From a virus (lineage: Duplodnaviria > Caudoviricetes), in IMG/VR virus record IMGVR_UViG_3300034128_000015, positions 1 to 58,048 of that record: a stretch of DNA of 58,048 nucleotides. One strand, written 5' to 3'. The translations under genes were made by a program, and so were the position numbers. The notes beneath the pieces are model-generated. The model saw only the letters and a list, made by a program, of their open reading frames with translations, had not been told where the DNA came from and did no database searches. Positions 47,893-57,138 of this stretch are shown one piece after another (position 1 is the first letter of the stretch; the number at the start of each line of letters is the position of its first letter).

Positions 47893-49674
47893 TTATTTTG
47901 GATATTGAAATCTCAGTAATAATCTGTCGATGTTGTCTTTAGAAAATACGAGCTGCTTCTCTGATAGTTTTTTTCGGTAAGACATATAATTAAGCTCTAC
48001 CATTTTGAACCCTTGTGCTACGGAAATAATCGTCGCGTCCATTGAGGCGAGCGCCATTAACCATCGCATGATAGAGTCTAGATAGTCATGAGTATTCTCT
48101 ATCAAGACCTCCGCATAAGAAGGTGTGGAGCCATCATGTACGATAGTGTTTCTTGCGCGGTATATTCGGCGCAGTTGCCAAGCAACTCTTTTTTCGTGGT
48201 TGTCTAGAATTTTTAAAATTTCAGTAGGACTAGTCAGCAGGCTGACAAGATACTTATAACGATCCTCGAGCAAATGATAGTCGCCAAAACTTGCCTCTAA
48301 CTCGTCACGTAAATATTGATATTCTGGCAGGGCAAGCAAGTGCGCGGTTTTCGAAGAGATGCCTTGTGTGTCGATTTTTTTGTACAGTTTGCGAACCAGA
48401 TTTTTATTCCATTGTAATAAATCTTTGAAGAATCTAGTTAGTAATTTGTTTATGTACTCAAGATTAAGGAATGGGGTAATAGATGATGTTAAATGGTCAA
48501 TTTGAGCTAAATCTTTATCTGTTTTGCTTGGTACTAGGGACTCTAGTGCGATCCATAAATTGATCATCTGGTTTTCTATGGAGTCACTACCTAGTGCAAG
48601 AGAATGCAGTTCGGCGCTTCGGTGGAATTTGTTAAAGGATTCTTTGTCCAATGCAAAAGCTTTGAGGAAACTCGATAATTTCTTAGATGCAACACTTGGA
48701 ACGGCATCAGCGCATTTGTGCATTGGATTTGTATGTTTAGAAATTTTTGTACAAGTTTCCGTGGCGGCATTTTTTACCAAGCATTCGTTTATAGGTTTTG
48801 GTGATTCTTTATGATGGTATAGTCCAATTAGAGTTTGAATCGCCTCAACTGAACTGTCGGCTTTGATTTTGACAAAGTTTGGTTCTTTTCCTTTTATTTT
48901 CTCCAGGCAAATAAAAACTTCATTGTTTCCTAAGTGTATGTCGTGTCTTCTAATGTCTTCCTCGGTTATAGGGCAGTTCTCCAAGTTTTCAAGTACATTT
49001 ATTCCTAGAAGTCCTGCCGCTTCGGAAAATGCCACAAGATAAGAAGGTGCTTTGTAAATCACATAGTGCTCAGTTACTTTTGTAGAAAAGTATCTAAAGT
49101 AATCCTCTATAGCTCCGTTTCCCGATATTCTGTCTGTCGAGTAATGGAAAAAATCTTTGGATGTTTGGCATATGTACGTGGCGGTATATCCGCTATTGAG
49201 TAGCGTGGTGATGTATGATCGCGTTAGCTTGCGCAACCGCGAACTTTGCTCTCTTCCCAGCAGTTCCTCCTTAATCAGTTCTTCATTTTTTGCCTTGTAA
49301 GCAGGCAGTGGGATCTGACGCAGTAATAACTTAACAACTGTAGCAATGCTGGCATCTGAGGATTTTGGATTCGTAAGGGTGTTTATTACGCCAACTTCAT
49401 CAACAGACATTAGGCTGCGAGCAACCTCGTCAGATTGCAGGTTTTCGCACAGCTCATTTAGTATGTGAAGCAAATTAGGCTTCATCACAATTCCAGCGTC
49501 AATTGCCACAATTGTATCGGCAGCCTCCTTAACTAGTAAGGCTGTGTTCATGGCTGATGGCTTATAGCTATCAAGAGTGTAGTCAAACATTAATTCATCT
49601 ATTAGCTGAGCAACAAATATCAACCCCTTGGACTCTGATTTGTTATCCCATTTGTTCAGGCTTCGGAACCGCAT
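47893..49674 (-). CDS. Large HEPN-domain protein, ApeA-like C-terminus (593 aa)
   Basis: LWIALESL and RIYRARNTIVHDG (Rx4H); AT-rich; GAGG RBS at 49674 (ORF open to 49815). Confidence 0.78.
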   Translation of the reverse strand: MRFRSLNKWDNKSESKGLIFVAQLIDELMFDYTLDSYKPSAMNTALLVKEAADTIVAIDAGIVMKPNLLHILNELCENLQSDEVARSLMSVDEVGVINTLTNPKSSDASIATVVKLLLRQIPLPAYKAKNEELIKEELLGREQSSRLRKLTRSYITTLLNSGYTATYICQTSKDFFHYSTDRISGNGAIEDYFRYFSTKVTEHYVIYKAPSYLVAFSEAAGLLGINVLENLENCPITEEDIRRHDIHLGNNEVFICLEKIKGKEPNFVKIKADSSVEAIQTLIGLYHHKESPKPINECLVKNAATETCTKISKHTNPMHKCADAVPSVASKKLSSFLKAFALDKESFNKFHRSAELHSLALGSDSIENQMINLWIALESLVPSKTDKDLAQIDHLTSSITPFLNLEYINKLLTRFFKDLLQWNKNLVRKLYKKIDTQGISSKTAHLLALPEYQYLRDELEASFGDYHLLEDRYKYLVSLLTSPTEILKILDNHEKRVAWQLRRIYRARNTIVHDGSTPSYAEVLIENTHDYLDSIMRWLMALASMDATIISVAQGFKMVELNYMSYRKKLSEKQLVFSKDNIDRLLLRFQYPK

Positions 49675-50040
49675 CTGCACACCCTCAAAAAAACGTCGGT
49701 TTTGCATGATGCCATAACGACATAATGAGGGGCAGTAGAATTGGTAAATAGTCTTCTGAAGAGCGTGCATTAAGTACGATGGCGCTCGCATGCACAGGTC
49801 GAATGTAGTGAGCAAAAAGCTCTTTCTAGCTTTTCGTCTGATATAGCATTGACTCCTTTCGAAAAAGAAAAAGGCATAGTACCGGTAGTACTCTTTGTGG
49901 GCGGTAAATGCTGCATGCTTAGAAATTGCTACAAAGCATTGTGTTATCGAGGAATTAGCCAGGCTGGCCGGGGGCGACGAGCGACTACGCCCAATCCATC
50001 ATCGGACGGATCGTTTCTCTAGAACCTCGAGCACCGAGCG

Positions 50041-50060
50041 TGGGGCAAAAATGGGGCAAA
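50041..50060 (+). repeat. Putative integrase arm-type sites (right)
   Basis: TGGGGCAAAAATGGGGCAAA. Confidence 0.65.
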
Positions 50061-50172
50061 CCATACGCCAATCTATGCCACCCAATGCCAATTATACGTT
50101 TATGCAACCTGAAGCATGCGCGCATTACAGCCAGCAACCACGGGCCTATCCCCCAAAATCCCTTACATACCC

Positions 50173-50220
50173 CTACACAATTGGGGTGTGGCTGGACAGA
50201 TCGGAAGTGTTTTTACTCAT
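50173..50220 (-). pseudogene. mutS: Displaced mutS 5' end ([13 protein letters not shown], then IV-stop in phage DNA)
   Basis: Aligns codon for codon with the start of mutS at 4679. Confidence 0.85.
50180..50191 (+). repeat. attR core ATTGGGGTGTGG
   Basis: Identical to 4639-4650. Confidence 0.88.
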
Positions 50221-50418
50221 CAGATAATTAGCGAATTCGTTAAAAGGAGTGGGGCAAAGGGGGCGCTTGGCCCAGCTGATTTTGCGATGGCGGCAAGGTT
50301 AACACGCGAGGTCGACCGTTCGCAGGCCCGCTCAAAAGTCACGGAAAATGCATAAAAATGCATAGTCAATGCAAATTAGCATTTGCCAAGCCTGAAATCT
50401 GTCGTCACTATCCGCTTT

Positions 50419-51153
50419 ATGCAAAAACGCAACGTTTCTATCGTCTTAAGAGAGCTGTTGGACCGCGACCGGATCTCCCCCACGGAGCTTCACCGGCGTA
50501 CCGGCGTGCCTCAATCCACGCTGTCCCGGATACTCAGCGGCAAGATCGTTGACCCCTCGGACAAGCACATCTCCCGCATCGCCGAGTACTTCCGCGTCAG
50601 CACCGACCAACTGCGCGGGCGCGCGGCGGTGGGCGTTTCGCGGGATGACGGGCGCGACCCGACGCATTCGGAACTCAAGGACATAAGCCTGTGGGATGAC
50701 GACACCCCCGTGAATGACGACGAGGTGTCGATCCCCTTTTTGCGTGAGGTTGAATTGGCTGCTGGATCAGGAAGATTCGTCATCGAGGAAAGCGAAAAGG
50801 CCAGCCTGCGGTTCGGCAAGCGCAGCCTGCGGCATAACGGCGTGCAGTTCGACCAGGCCAAGTGCGTGACAGTGCGCGGCAACAGTATGTTGCCAGTGCT
50901 GCGTGATGGCGCGACGGTGGGGGTGAATGCGGGCAAGAGCGCGATTGGCGACATCGTCGATGGCGACTTGTACGCCATCAATCACAATGGCCAGTTGCGG
51001 GTCAAACAGCTCTATCGCTTGCCTTCCGGGATTCGCCTGCGCAGTTTCAACCGCGATGAACACCCGGACGAGGACTACAGCTTCCAGGACATCCAGGATG
51101 AACAAATCAGCATCCTCGGTCATGTCTTCTGGTGGGGCATGTACGCCCGTTAA
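50419..51153 (+). CDS. prtR: PrtR-like tailocin repressor (XRE HTH + S24)
   Basis: HTH, AAGSG, GNSM.P, VKQL; first gene of the mutS-linked tailocin. Confidence 0.85.
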   Translation: MQKRNVSIVLRELLDRDRISPTELHRRTGVPQSTLSRILSGKIVDPSDKHISRIAEYFRVSTDQLRGRAAVGVSRDDGRDPTHSELKDISLWDDDTPVNDDEVSIPFLREVELAAGSGRFVIEESEKASLRFGKRSLRHNGVQFDQAKCVTVRGNSMLPVLRDGATVGVNAGKSAIGDIVDGDLYAINHNGQLRVKQLYRLPSGIRLRSFNRDEHPDEDYSFQDIQDEQISILGHVFWWGMYAR

Positions 51154-51169
51154 CCTCCTCGCGTAAGAC

Positions 51170-51197
51170 AAAGCCCGCCAATGAGCGGGCTTTTTTT
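51170..51197 (+). terminator. Terminator of the repressor gene
   Basis: AAAGCCCGC/GCGGGCTTT + T run. Confidence 0.85.
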
Positions 51198-51240
51198 CGT
51201 CTGTTGAAAGGCATCAAACCCTTTGCTAGCAAGGCTCTAA

Positions 51241-51313
51241 ATGCATCAGTGCATTTGCGCGCTGAAAATAAATGCATTTGTGCATTGACTGTATATGCAT
51301 ACATGCATATTCT
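51241..51313 (+). promoter_or_regulatory. Tailocin promoter with ATGCA-N4-TGCAT operators and an imperfect SOS box
   Basis: TTGACT-N17-TATTCT; three ATGCA..TGCAT palindromes; CTGTATATGCATACAT; similar ATGCA boxes at 50348-50382. Confidence 0.7.
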
Positions 51314-51319
51314 TTGTCT

Positions 51320-51675
51320 CAAGCCGGCCAACAAGGCCTGGTGGAGGCGGCAAGGATGCTGCCAAGGACGACAAGGAAGGCACGCAACATCGGCACGGAC
51401 GCCATCGAAGCGATGGCAGGGATGCCAAGCAACACCGGCAAGGATGCCGACGCTCTTTAGTTTCACCGTTTTACAAGAACAGGCAGCGATGAACCGGCCT
51501 TAACGGTTCAGAGGGTTGGCAACTGACCCGGGTGTGCAGCGTAAAGCACCAGAAGCAGTTATCCGGCAGACAGGGATCGTGGTCGGAAAAACATTGAGGA
51601 AAGATCCGTACCGCGCCAGTAGCGCCGAAAGATCAAGGACCGCATTACTGAAAAGCCCGGGCAACCGGGCTTTTT
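51320..51675 (+). ncRNA. Structured tailocin leader RNA (GGA hairpins, boxA, terminator)
   Basis: Four GGC-ANGGA(T/C)-GC hairpins, CGCTCTTTA, AAAAGCCCGG/CCGGGCTTTTT. Confidence 0.5.
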
Positions 51676-51748
51676 GGAATGCCTACCTATAAATGGATTT
51701 ACCCGAACACCGGCATTCTGCCGGCATTGCTCAGCCAGGAGGCGTGAC

Positions 51749-52093
51749 ATGACAAACGAGCAGCAAGCGTTAGCGGAAATGCCTATCTGGCTGGTGATCG
51801 TACTGGCGCTGATCGGCGGAGTTTCCGGCGAAATGTGGCGCGCCGACAAGGAGGGCGCCCGTGGTTGGTCGCTGATCCGGCGCCTGGCGCTGCGGTCTGG
51901 GGCGTGCATGGTCTGCGGGGTCTCGGCGTTGATGCTGTTGTACGCCGCCGGTATGTCGATCTGGACCGCCGGCGCCCTCGGTTGCCTGACCGCCATGGCC
52001 GGTGCGGACGTCGCCATCGGCCTTTATGAACGTTGGGCGGCCAAGCGCATTGGCGTCAACGAGGCCCCGCCCTCCCGCCCGGATCAGCAGTAA
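51749..52093 (+). CDS. Tailocin holin
   Basis: 3 TM segments, AGGAGG RBS. Confidence 0.9.
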   Translation: MTNEQQALAEMPIWLVIVLALIGGVSGEMWRADKEGARGWSLIRRLALRSGACMVCGVSALMLLYAAGMSIWTAGALGCLTAMAGADVAIGLYERWAAKRIGVNEAPPSRPDQQ

Positions 52094-52113
52094 CCGCTGC
52101 AAGGACGCGACTG

Positions 52114-52629
52114 ATGACATCTATCGAAAAACCTTCCCAACTGCCCATCGCAATTGGTGACGCGCTTAAGGGCGCCTTCCCACAATTGCGTGTGGGCAAT
52201 CACCAGGACTTCCAGGGCGCCGGGGATAAAACCGGCGTGCTGATTACTGTGGAACGCAACGGCCCCGGCGTTCGATCCCTTGAAGGGCGCAAGGCCCATG
52301 CACTGTCGGTGTCACTCATGGCCAGGGTTGCCAGCGGCTCGGCGCCTTACGACGCCTGCGACCTGGCCAGCCAATTGATGGATTTGGCCCTCGATAATCG
52401 CTGGGGCCTGCCGGCGGATCAGTGCGACCTGCCAACCGCCATCGTCGCGGCGCCGACCCTACAGGGCAGTGCCGAAACGGACTACGACACCTGGACAGTG
52501 TCCTTCACCCAAAACATCTACCTCGGCCCGCCGTTACTCGAAGATCCCACCGGAAAACCTCTGTTTGCCTGCACGTGGGAAGTCTCGAATATCGACGATC
52601 CTGACCAATACCGACCATTACAGGAGTAG
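52114..52629 (+). CDS. Tailocin tail completion-like protein
   Basis: Homologous to the 26086 gene. Confidence 0.7.
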   Translation: MTSIEKPSQLPIAIGDALKGAFPQLRVGNHQDFQGAGDKTGVLITVERNGPGVRSLEGRKAHALSVSLMARVASGSAPYDACDLASQLMDLALDNRWGLPADQCDLPTAIVAAPTLQGSAETDYDTWTVSFTQNIYLGPPLLEDPTGKPLFACTWEVSNIDDPDQYRPLQE

Positions 52630-52632
52630 TCC

Positions 52633-53244
52633 ATGTTCGATGCGCTGTTACGCATGCAACTGGGACCGATCGTCGAGCGCCTGGCGGAAATGGAGGCCCA
52701 GCTCGAAGATCTGTACCGCCGCGCTGAAAGCTTCTGTCGGATCGGTATCTGCCAACAGGCCGACGCCGCCAGCAATACCTGCACCGTCAGCCACGGTGAT
52801 TTGCTCACTCCAGCGATTCGTTTTTTCAACCCCAGTGCGGGGGCGCAGACTGAAACGCGGATTCCGTCAGTGGGCGAACAATGCTTGCTGCTCAACTATG
52901 GCGGCGGGGAAGGCGCTGCCCAGGCGGTGGCGCTTTTCGGGCTCAACAGTAGTCTGTTTCCGCCGGTCTCCAGCGTTGCATCGTTGACCCGGCGCCGCCA
53001 TCAGGACGGCACACAAAGTGACTATGACGACGTCAGCCACACGTTCAACTGGACCAATGGACCTACTGTCTTCAGCGGTTCCCGCGAACAGGTCGAGGCG
53101 AAGGTCGGCGCCGCCACGCTGCGGCTGACCACCAACCACATCACCTTGCAACTCGGCGCCGTCGGCCTGCTATTGGATGCTGGCGGCGTGCATTTGAGCG
53201 GCCCGCTGGTGGATCACCAGGGCCGCGTGATCAGCACCGCATAA
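52633..53244 (+). CDS. Tailocin baseplate spike (gpV)
   Basis: R.G, PSVGEQ. Confidence 0.88.
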   Translation: MFDALLRMQLGPIVERLAEMEAQLEDLYRRAESFCRIGICQQADAASNTCTVSHGDLLTPAIRFFNPSAGAQTETRIPSVGEQCLLLNYGGGEGAAQAVALFGLNSSLFPPVSSVASLTRRRHQDGTQSDYDDVSHTFNWTNGPTVFSGSREQVEAKVGAATLRLTTNHITLQLGAVGLLLDAGGVHLSGPLVDHQGRVISTA

Positions 53245-53253
53245 GGATTTGCC

Positions 53254-53586
53254 ATGATCGGAATCGATAGGAACACCGGGGCAGCCGTCGATGACTGGCT
53301 GCAATTCGTGCAGCGCGCCACCCGAGCGCTGACCACCCCCGTGGGCACTCGCCAGAAGCGTCCGTTGTACGGCTCGCTGATCCCCCAACTGCTCGGGCAG
53401 AACCTCGGCGACGACCTCTTGATCCTCGCCCAAAGCCACGCTGCCAAAGCGTTCTACAACGTCGAGAACGGCATCGCCGACTTTCAACCCCAAGTCATCG
53501 TCGCCACCCGCCAGGGCGCCGGCCTGTTGCTGCGGTTTGCCGGCACCTGGAAAAACCGCCAACAATCCTTCGAGGTCATGACATGA
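53254..53586 (+). CDS. Tailocin baseplate W/gp25
   Basis: MIGIDR.TG, LTTP.GTR..RP.YGS. Confidence 0.85.
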   Translation: MIGIDRNTGAAVDDWLQFVQRATRALTTPVGTRQKRPLYGSLIPQLLGQNLGDDLLILAQSHAAKAFYNVENGIADFQPQVIVATRQGAGLLLRFAGTWKNRQQSFEVMT

Positions 53587-54578
53587 GCATGCTGATCCCT
53601 GGCCAGAACCAACTGGCGGAGCCGGCGATCATTGCCGTCGACGCGTTCGAGCCGTTGCTGGCGGAGTTCAAGGCGTTTGTCATCGACTACGTCGCCACCC
53701 GTGCGCCGCAAAGCGCCGCCAAACTCAAGGTCAGCCTCGACAACGAAAGCGAACTGCTGACCCTGGCCCTGGAAGCGTTTTGCGTGCGCCTGCAAACCCA
53801 CGAACGCAAGTACAACGCGCGCATCAAGCAGATGCTGGCGTGGTGGGCCACCGGCAGTAACCTCGACGCACGCCTGGCCGATATGGGGCTGGAGCGCCAG
53901 GTGCTGGACCCCGGTGACCCGGCGGCCTTCCCGCCGGTGCCGCCGACATTGGAAAGCGACGACGACGCACGGCTGCGCTATTACTTGGCGCCCCACGCGC
54001 CGGCGGCGGGTTCGCGCATGCAGTATCGCCGCGAGGTGTTCACCCTCGGCGAACGACCCGCGGTGAACGTGGAAAGCGCGACACCGGGTGTCGTCACGGT
54101 CACCTATACCTTCGACCCGGATGGCTATGCGGCGCAGGTCAAGGATGGCAACGGCCGACGCACCGCCCCCGGAGAGGTGAGGGTGACGGTGCTGTCCAGG
54201 GACGGCGACGGAACCCCTTCTGCCGATTTGCTTGACGGCGTGCGCAGACATTTCGCACGGCCCGATGTACGGCCGGAAACTGATCTCGTCACGGTCCAAA
54301 GTGCGCAGATCCAACGCTACAAGATTCGCGTCGTGGCCAAGATCAACGCCGGCCCGGATTCGGGCCTGACCCAAGTGGCCGCGCAGCAGTTGCTGCAAAC
54401 CTACGCCGAATCCTGCCACCGCCTGGAAGGGCGAGTCGACCCGAGCTGGATCGACTACGCCATCCACAGTGCCGGAGCGGCGCAACTGCAAATCCTCGAA
54501 CCGCTGGCGCCGATTGTCTGCTCGGCGTTCCAGGCACCGTATTGCACGGGCGTCGAGGTGGAGGTGCGCACGCTATGA
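53583..54578 (+). CDS. Tailocin baseplate J
   Basis: ATGSNLD, ESDD..R.R, VRP.TD. Confidence 0.88.
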   Translation: MSMLIPGQNQLAEPAIIAVDAFEPLLAEFKAFVIDYVATRAPQSAAKLKVSLDNESELLTLALEAFCVRLQTHERKYNARIKQMLAWWATGSNLDARLADMGLERQVLDPGDPAAFPPVPPTLESDDDARLRYYLAPHAPAAGSRMQYRREVFTLGERPAVNVESATPGVVTVTYTFDPDGYAAQVKDGNGRRTAPGEVRVTVLSRDGDGTPSADLLDGVRRHFARPDVRPETDLVTVQSAQIQRYKIRVVAKINAGPDSGLTQVAAQQLLQTYAESCHRLEGRVDPSWIDYAIHSAGAAQLQILEPLAPIVCSAFQAPYCTGVEVEVRTL

Positions 54579-55213
54579 GTGAACCCAAATCGAGTTTGTT
54601 GCCCGCCAATAGCTCACCGTTGGAAAAGGCGTTGGACCTGGGGTTTGGCACGTTGCTCGAGCGGATCATGCCACCGTTTCCGGCGTTGATGAACCCGCTA
54701 CAAACGCCCTCCGAATTCCTTCCCTACCTGGCCGCCGATCGGGGCGTCAGTGAATGGGACGCGGATGCCAGCGAGACGGAAAAGCGCCTCACCGTGGGCT
54801 TGTCCTGGCAGATCCAGCGCCAGGCGGGCACGCCCAAGGCCTTGAGTTATGCGGTGGAGTCGCTGGGTTTCAGCCCCAACATCAGCGCCTGGTATCAACA
54901 GCGGCCGCTGGGCGTGCCTTACACCTTCGATGTGCAGGCGATCATCGGGCGCAGTTGGTCCAGCGGCGACCATAACCGCTTGATCCGCCGTATCAACGCC
55001 GCGAAGAGCGAGCGCGACCAGGCGACGATTACCGTGGTTCACCAGACGCAAGCACGCCTTGGCCTGACCGCGATTGTCCACGCCCCGTTTAACGACAGCG
55101 AGTTCAGCCTGCAAGGTGCATTACCCGAACTTGCCTTGGGCGCTCGACTTAACAGTGCCGGCGTTGCCCGGCACTACACCATTAACGACTACGACCTCAG
55201 GGCGCAGCCATGA
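54575..55213 (+). CDS. Tailocin tail protein I
   Basis: SLLPANSS.LE, LPYLA, GT. Confidence 0.85.
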   Translation: MSEPKSSLLPANSSPLEKALDLGFGTLLERIMPPFPALMNPLQTPSEFLPYLAADRGVSEWDADASETEKRLTVGLSWQIQRQAGTPKALSYAVESLGFSPNISAWYQQRPLGVPYTFDVQAIIGRSWSSGDHNRLIRRINAAKSERDQATITVVHQTQARLGLTAIVHAPFNDSEFSLQGALPELALGARLNSAGVARHYTINDYDLRAQP

Positions 55214-55740
55214 CAGATGACATTACGCGCCTGGTGCGCTTCACCTCCAAAGGTTTGGATGAAGTGCTGCAGGCAAAGAACCAGGGCTTGAAAGGCGAAA
55301 TCACCCACATCGGCGCCGGCACCGGCCGCTACAACCCAGACGGCACGGAAGTGGCCTTGCGTGACGAGCGCCAGCGGGTCGCCATTGTGGATTACGAGGA
55401 CTTGGGCGAGCGCCAACTCCGGATGGCCGCGCTGTTCGATGGCGAAGGCGAGTATGAGATTGGTGAGTTTGGTTTTTACCTCGCCAGTGGCACGTTGTTG
55501 GCGGTGTATTCCGTGGCGGGGAAGTTGCTGACGTATAAAGCGGCGGCGGCTCGGGTGCTGCAGAAGTTCACGTTGGATGTTTCGCCGTTGCCGGCGGAGA
55601 GCGTGACGATTGTGGTGGGCAGTGAAAACCTGAATGTGTTGCTGGCTGAGGAAATCGCGATTATGGCGGCGGCATCGGTTGGCAATATGTCTCGCCACGT
55701 CGACTTGATGCTCAGGGTTATGCACCTCGAAGCTAAATAA
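55210..55740 (+). CDS. Short tail-fibre anchor protein
   Basis: T.KGL, I.HIG.G.G, I.EFG. Confidence 0.75.
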   Translation: MTDDITRLVRFTSKGLDEVLQAKNQGLKGEITHIGAGTGRYNPDGTEVALRDERQRVAIVDYEDLGERQLRMAALFDGEGEYEIGEFGFYLASGTLLAVYSVAGKLLTYKAAAARVLQKFTLDVSPLPAESVTIVVGSENLNVLLAEEIAIMAAASVGNMSRHVDLMLRVMHLEAK

Positions 55741-55787
55741 TTGCACCTGCAAAAGTGCTGAAAAGAAAACATGACAGGGAGTTAATG

Positions 55788-56573
55788 ATGGGGATTGAAG
55801 CGACTATCACGAAAGTTGTGGATGCATGTAACAAACTCACGGAAACGGTTACCAATCAAATTGGGAAAATTGATGCTCGAGTAGATGCCGCATCGAGTCA
55901 GTTCGCGGTTTGGCGTAATAGTGTGCAGGCGAAGGATATCAACGGGCGTTCGCTATACAGTCAAGAAATTGATCTTACTGGGCTACCTACCGATACGTTC
56001 TATCCAGTCTGGTGGACGATGCCGGGAAATGATAGCGGTGAGACGGAGATCACGATCTCTCGTATCTATAGTCGTGATGCGGGCTCTGCCCCTTTTGGGC
56101 AAGGAGTGGTTCATATCGCGGGTCTTAATCTGCAAATGGAGGGGTGTGGTCACATCTGGAATGGAGATGGCAACTTTCTGACGGTGAAGCGAATTTCGCA
56201 AACGTACCGCGAGACGGTTCGTGGTGTGAGTTTCGGAATGATCTGTATCGCTCGACATGTATCAGGGGTCAGGCCGCTGTATCTGGGGCTCAAGGATGGG
56301 CAGATTATTCAATCCTCCATTCACTCTGGGCTGTATCTGCGAGGAGGCTTGAGCTACACGGTTAATAAATCGTTTGCTGGAGCGGTTGGCTTCAGTCGTT
56401 CAGATAGCGAAGTTCCCATGGGCGAAAGCACCCAAGGTGACTGGGAGATCCGTTGGTGTGTTCGACCCTATCGTCTGGCAGATGCCGATGCAGTATTAGG
56501 TGCGACATTGCCTGAAAAGCGGATGGCTTACGCTTATGACAACGACAAAATCTACGCTATGAAGGGAGCATAA
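55788..56573 (+). CDS. Tailocin fibre / receptor-binding protein (putative)
   Basis: N-terminal coiled coil, FYPVW, YLRGG; lower GC. Confidence 0.65.
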   Translation: MGIEATITKVVDACNKLTETVTNQIGKIDARVDAASSQFAVWRNSVQAKDINGRSLYSQEIDLTGLPTDTFYPVWWTMPGNDSGETEITISRIYSRDAGSAPFGQGVVHIAGLNLQMEGCGHIWNGDGNFLTVKRISQTYRETVRGVSFGMICIARHVSGVRPLYLGLKDGQIIQSSIHSGLYLRGGLSYTVNKSFAGAVGFSRSDSEVPMGESTQGDWEIRWCVRPYRLADADAVLGATLPEKRMAYAYDNDKIYAMKGA

Positions 56574-56876
56574 ATGACGATTTCCATTAAGTCCGTAGTT
56601 ACACCCAGCGGCGAGCAATTGATCAACGTCCCAGCAGATCCTGAGATTCTCAAAAACCTCGGGTTTTCCCCAGAGCAAGCAGCTGAGCTTTGTGCTGACG
56701 CGGCTAAAACCATTCAACTGGAAAACTCCATAGTTGCGCGTCGCACGCTCTATGTGACTGAAGCTGACCCACTGTTCCTTGAGTGGCAGTACGACGAAAC
56801 CCCTGAAAAAGAAAAGGCTTGGCGAGACAAAGTCGCTGAAATCAAAGCGCTTTACCCCTTGCCTGATCGCATTTGA
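56574..56876 (+). CDS. Fibre chaperone-like protein
   Basis: R...Y..EADPL..EW.YD...W...V.EIK..YP. Confidence 0.6.
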   Translation: MTISIKSVVTPSGEQLINVPADPEILKNLGFSPEQAAELCADAAKTIQLENSIVARRTLYVTEADPLFLEWQYDETPEKEKAWRDKVAEIKALYPLPDRI

Positions 56877-56962
56877 CCCACCGCGAAAGCGGTTTTTTTT
56901 CGCCCCCCCCAAAGCCCCTCCCGCAGGGGCTTTGGCGTTCTACACCCGGAGATTTTCCCACC

Positions 56963-57136
56963 ATGCCTAACCGCCAAACCTACACCGTCCTAATCCCATT
57001 CCCCACCGGCGCCGGCCATTGGTCCACCGCCGGCCAGGAATTGGAACTGCTGGACGTCGAAGCATCCGCCCTGCGCACCGCCGGCCGCTTGGAACTGACC
57101 AGCGTCCTCAATACCACCCCCAAGGAGGCTGAATAA
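56963..57136 (+). CDS. Small tailocin protein
   Basis: GGAG RBS; lies before the sheath. Confidence 0.65.
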   Translation: MPNRQTYTVLIPFPTGAGHWSTAGQELELLDVEASALRTAGRLELTSVLNTTPKEAE

Positions 57137-57138
57137 CC

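Larger units (their letters stand above)
4639..50191. mobile_element. Temperate prophage integrated in the mutS 5' end; lambda-like head, P2-like contractile tail
   Basis: Integrase/excisionase, CI/Cro, primase-helicase, terminase to tail, lysis genes; 12-bp direct repeat at both ends. Confidence 0.93.

Noticed and set aside
49895-50355. Short ORFs spanning attR
   Set aside because: They cross the recombination junction, lack an RBS and have no recognisable motifs
51340-51450. CRISPR array
   Set aside because: Repeats are short, degenerate and irregularly spaced; no cas genes
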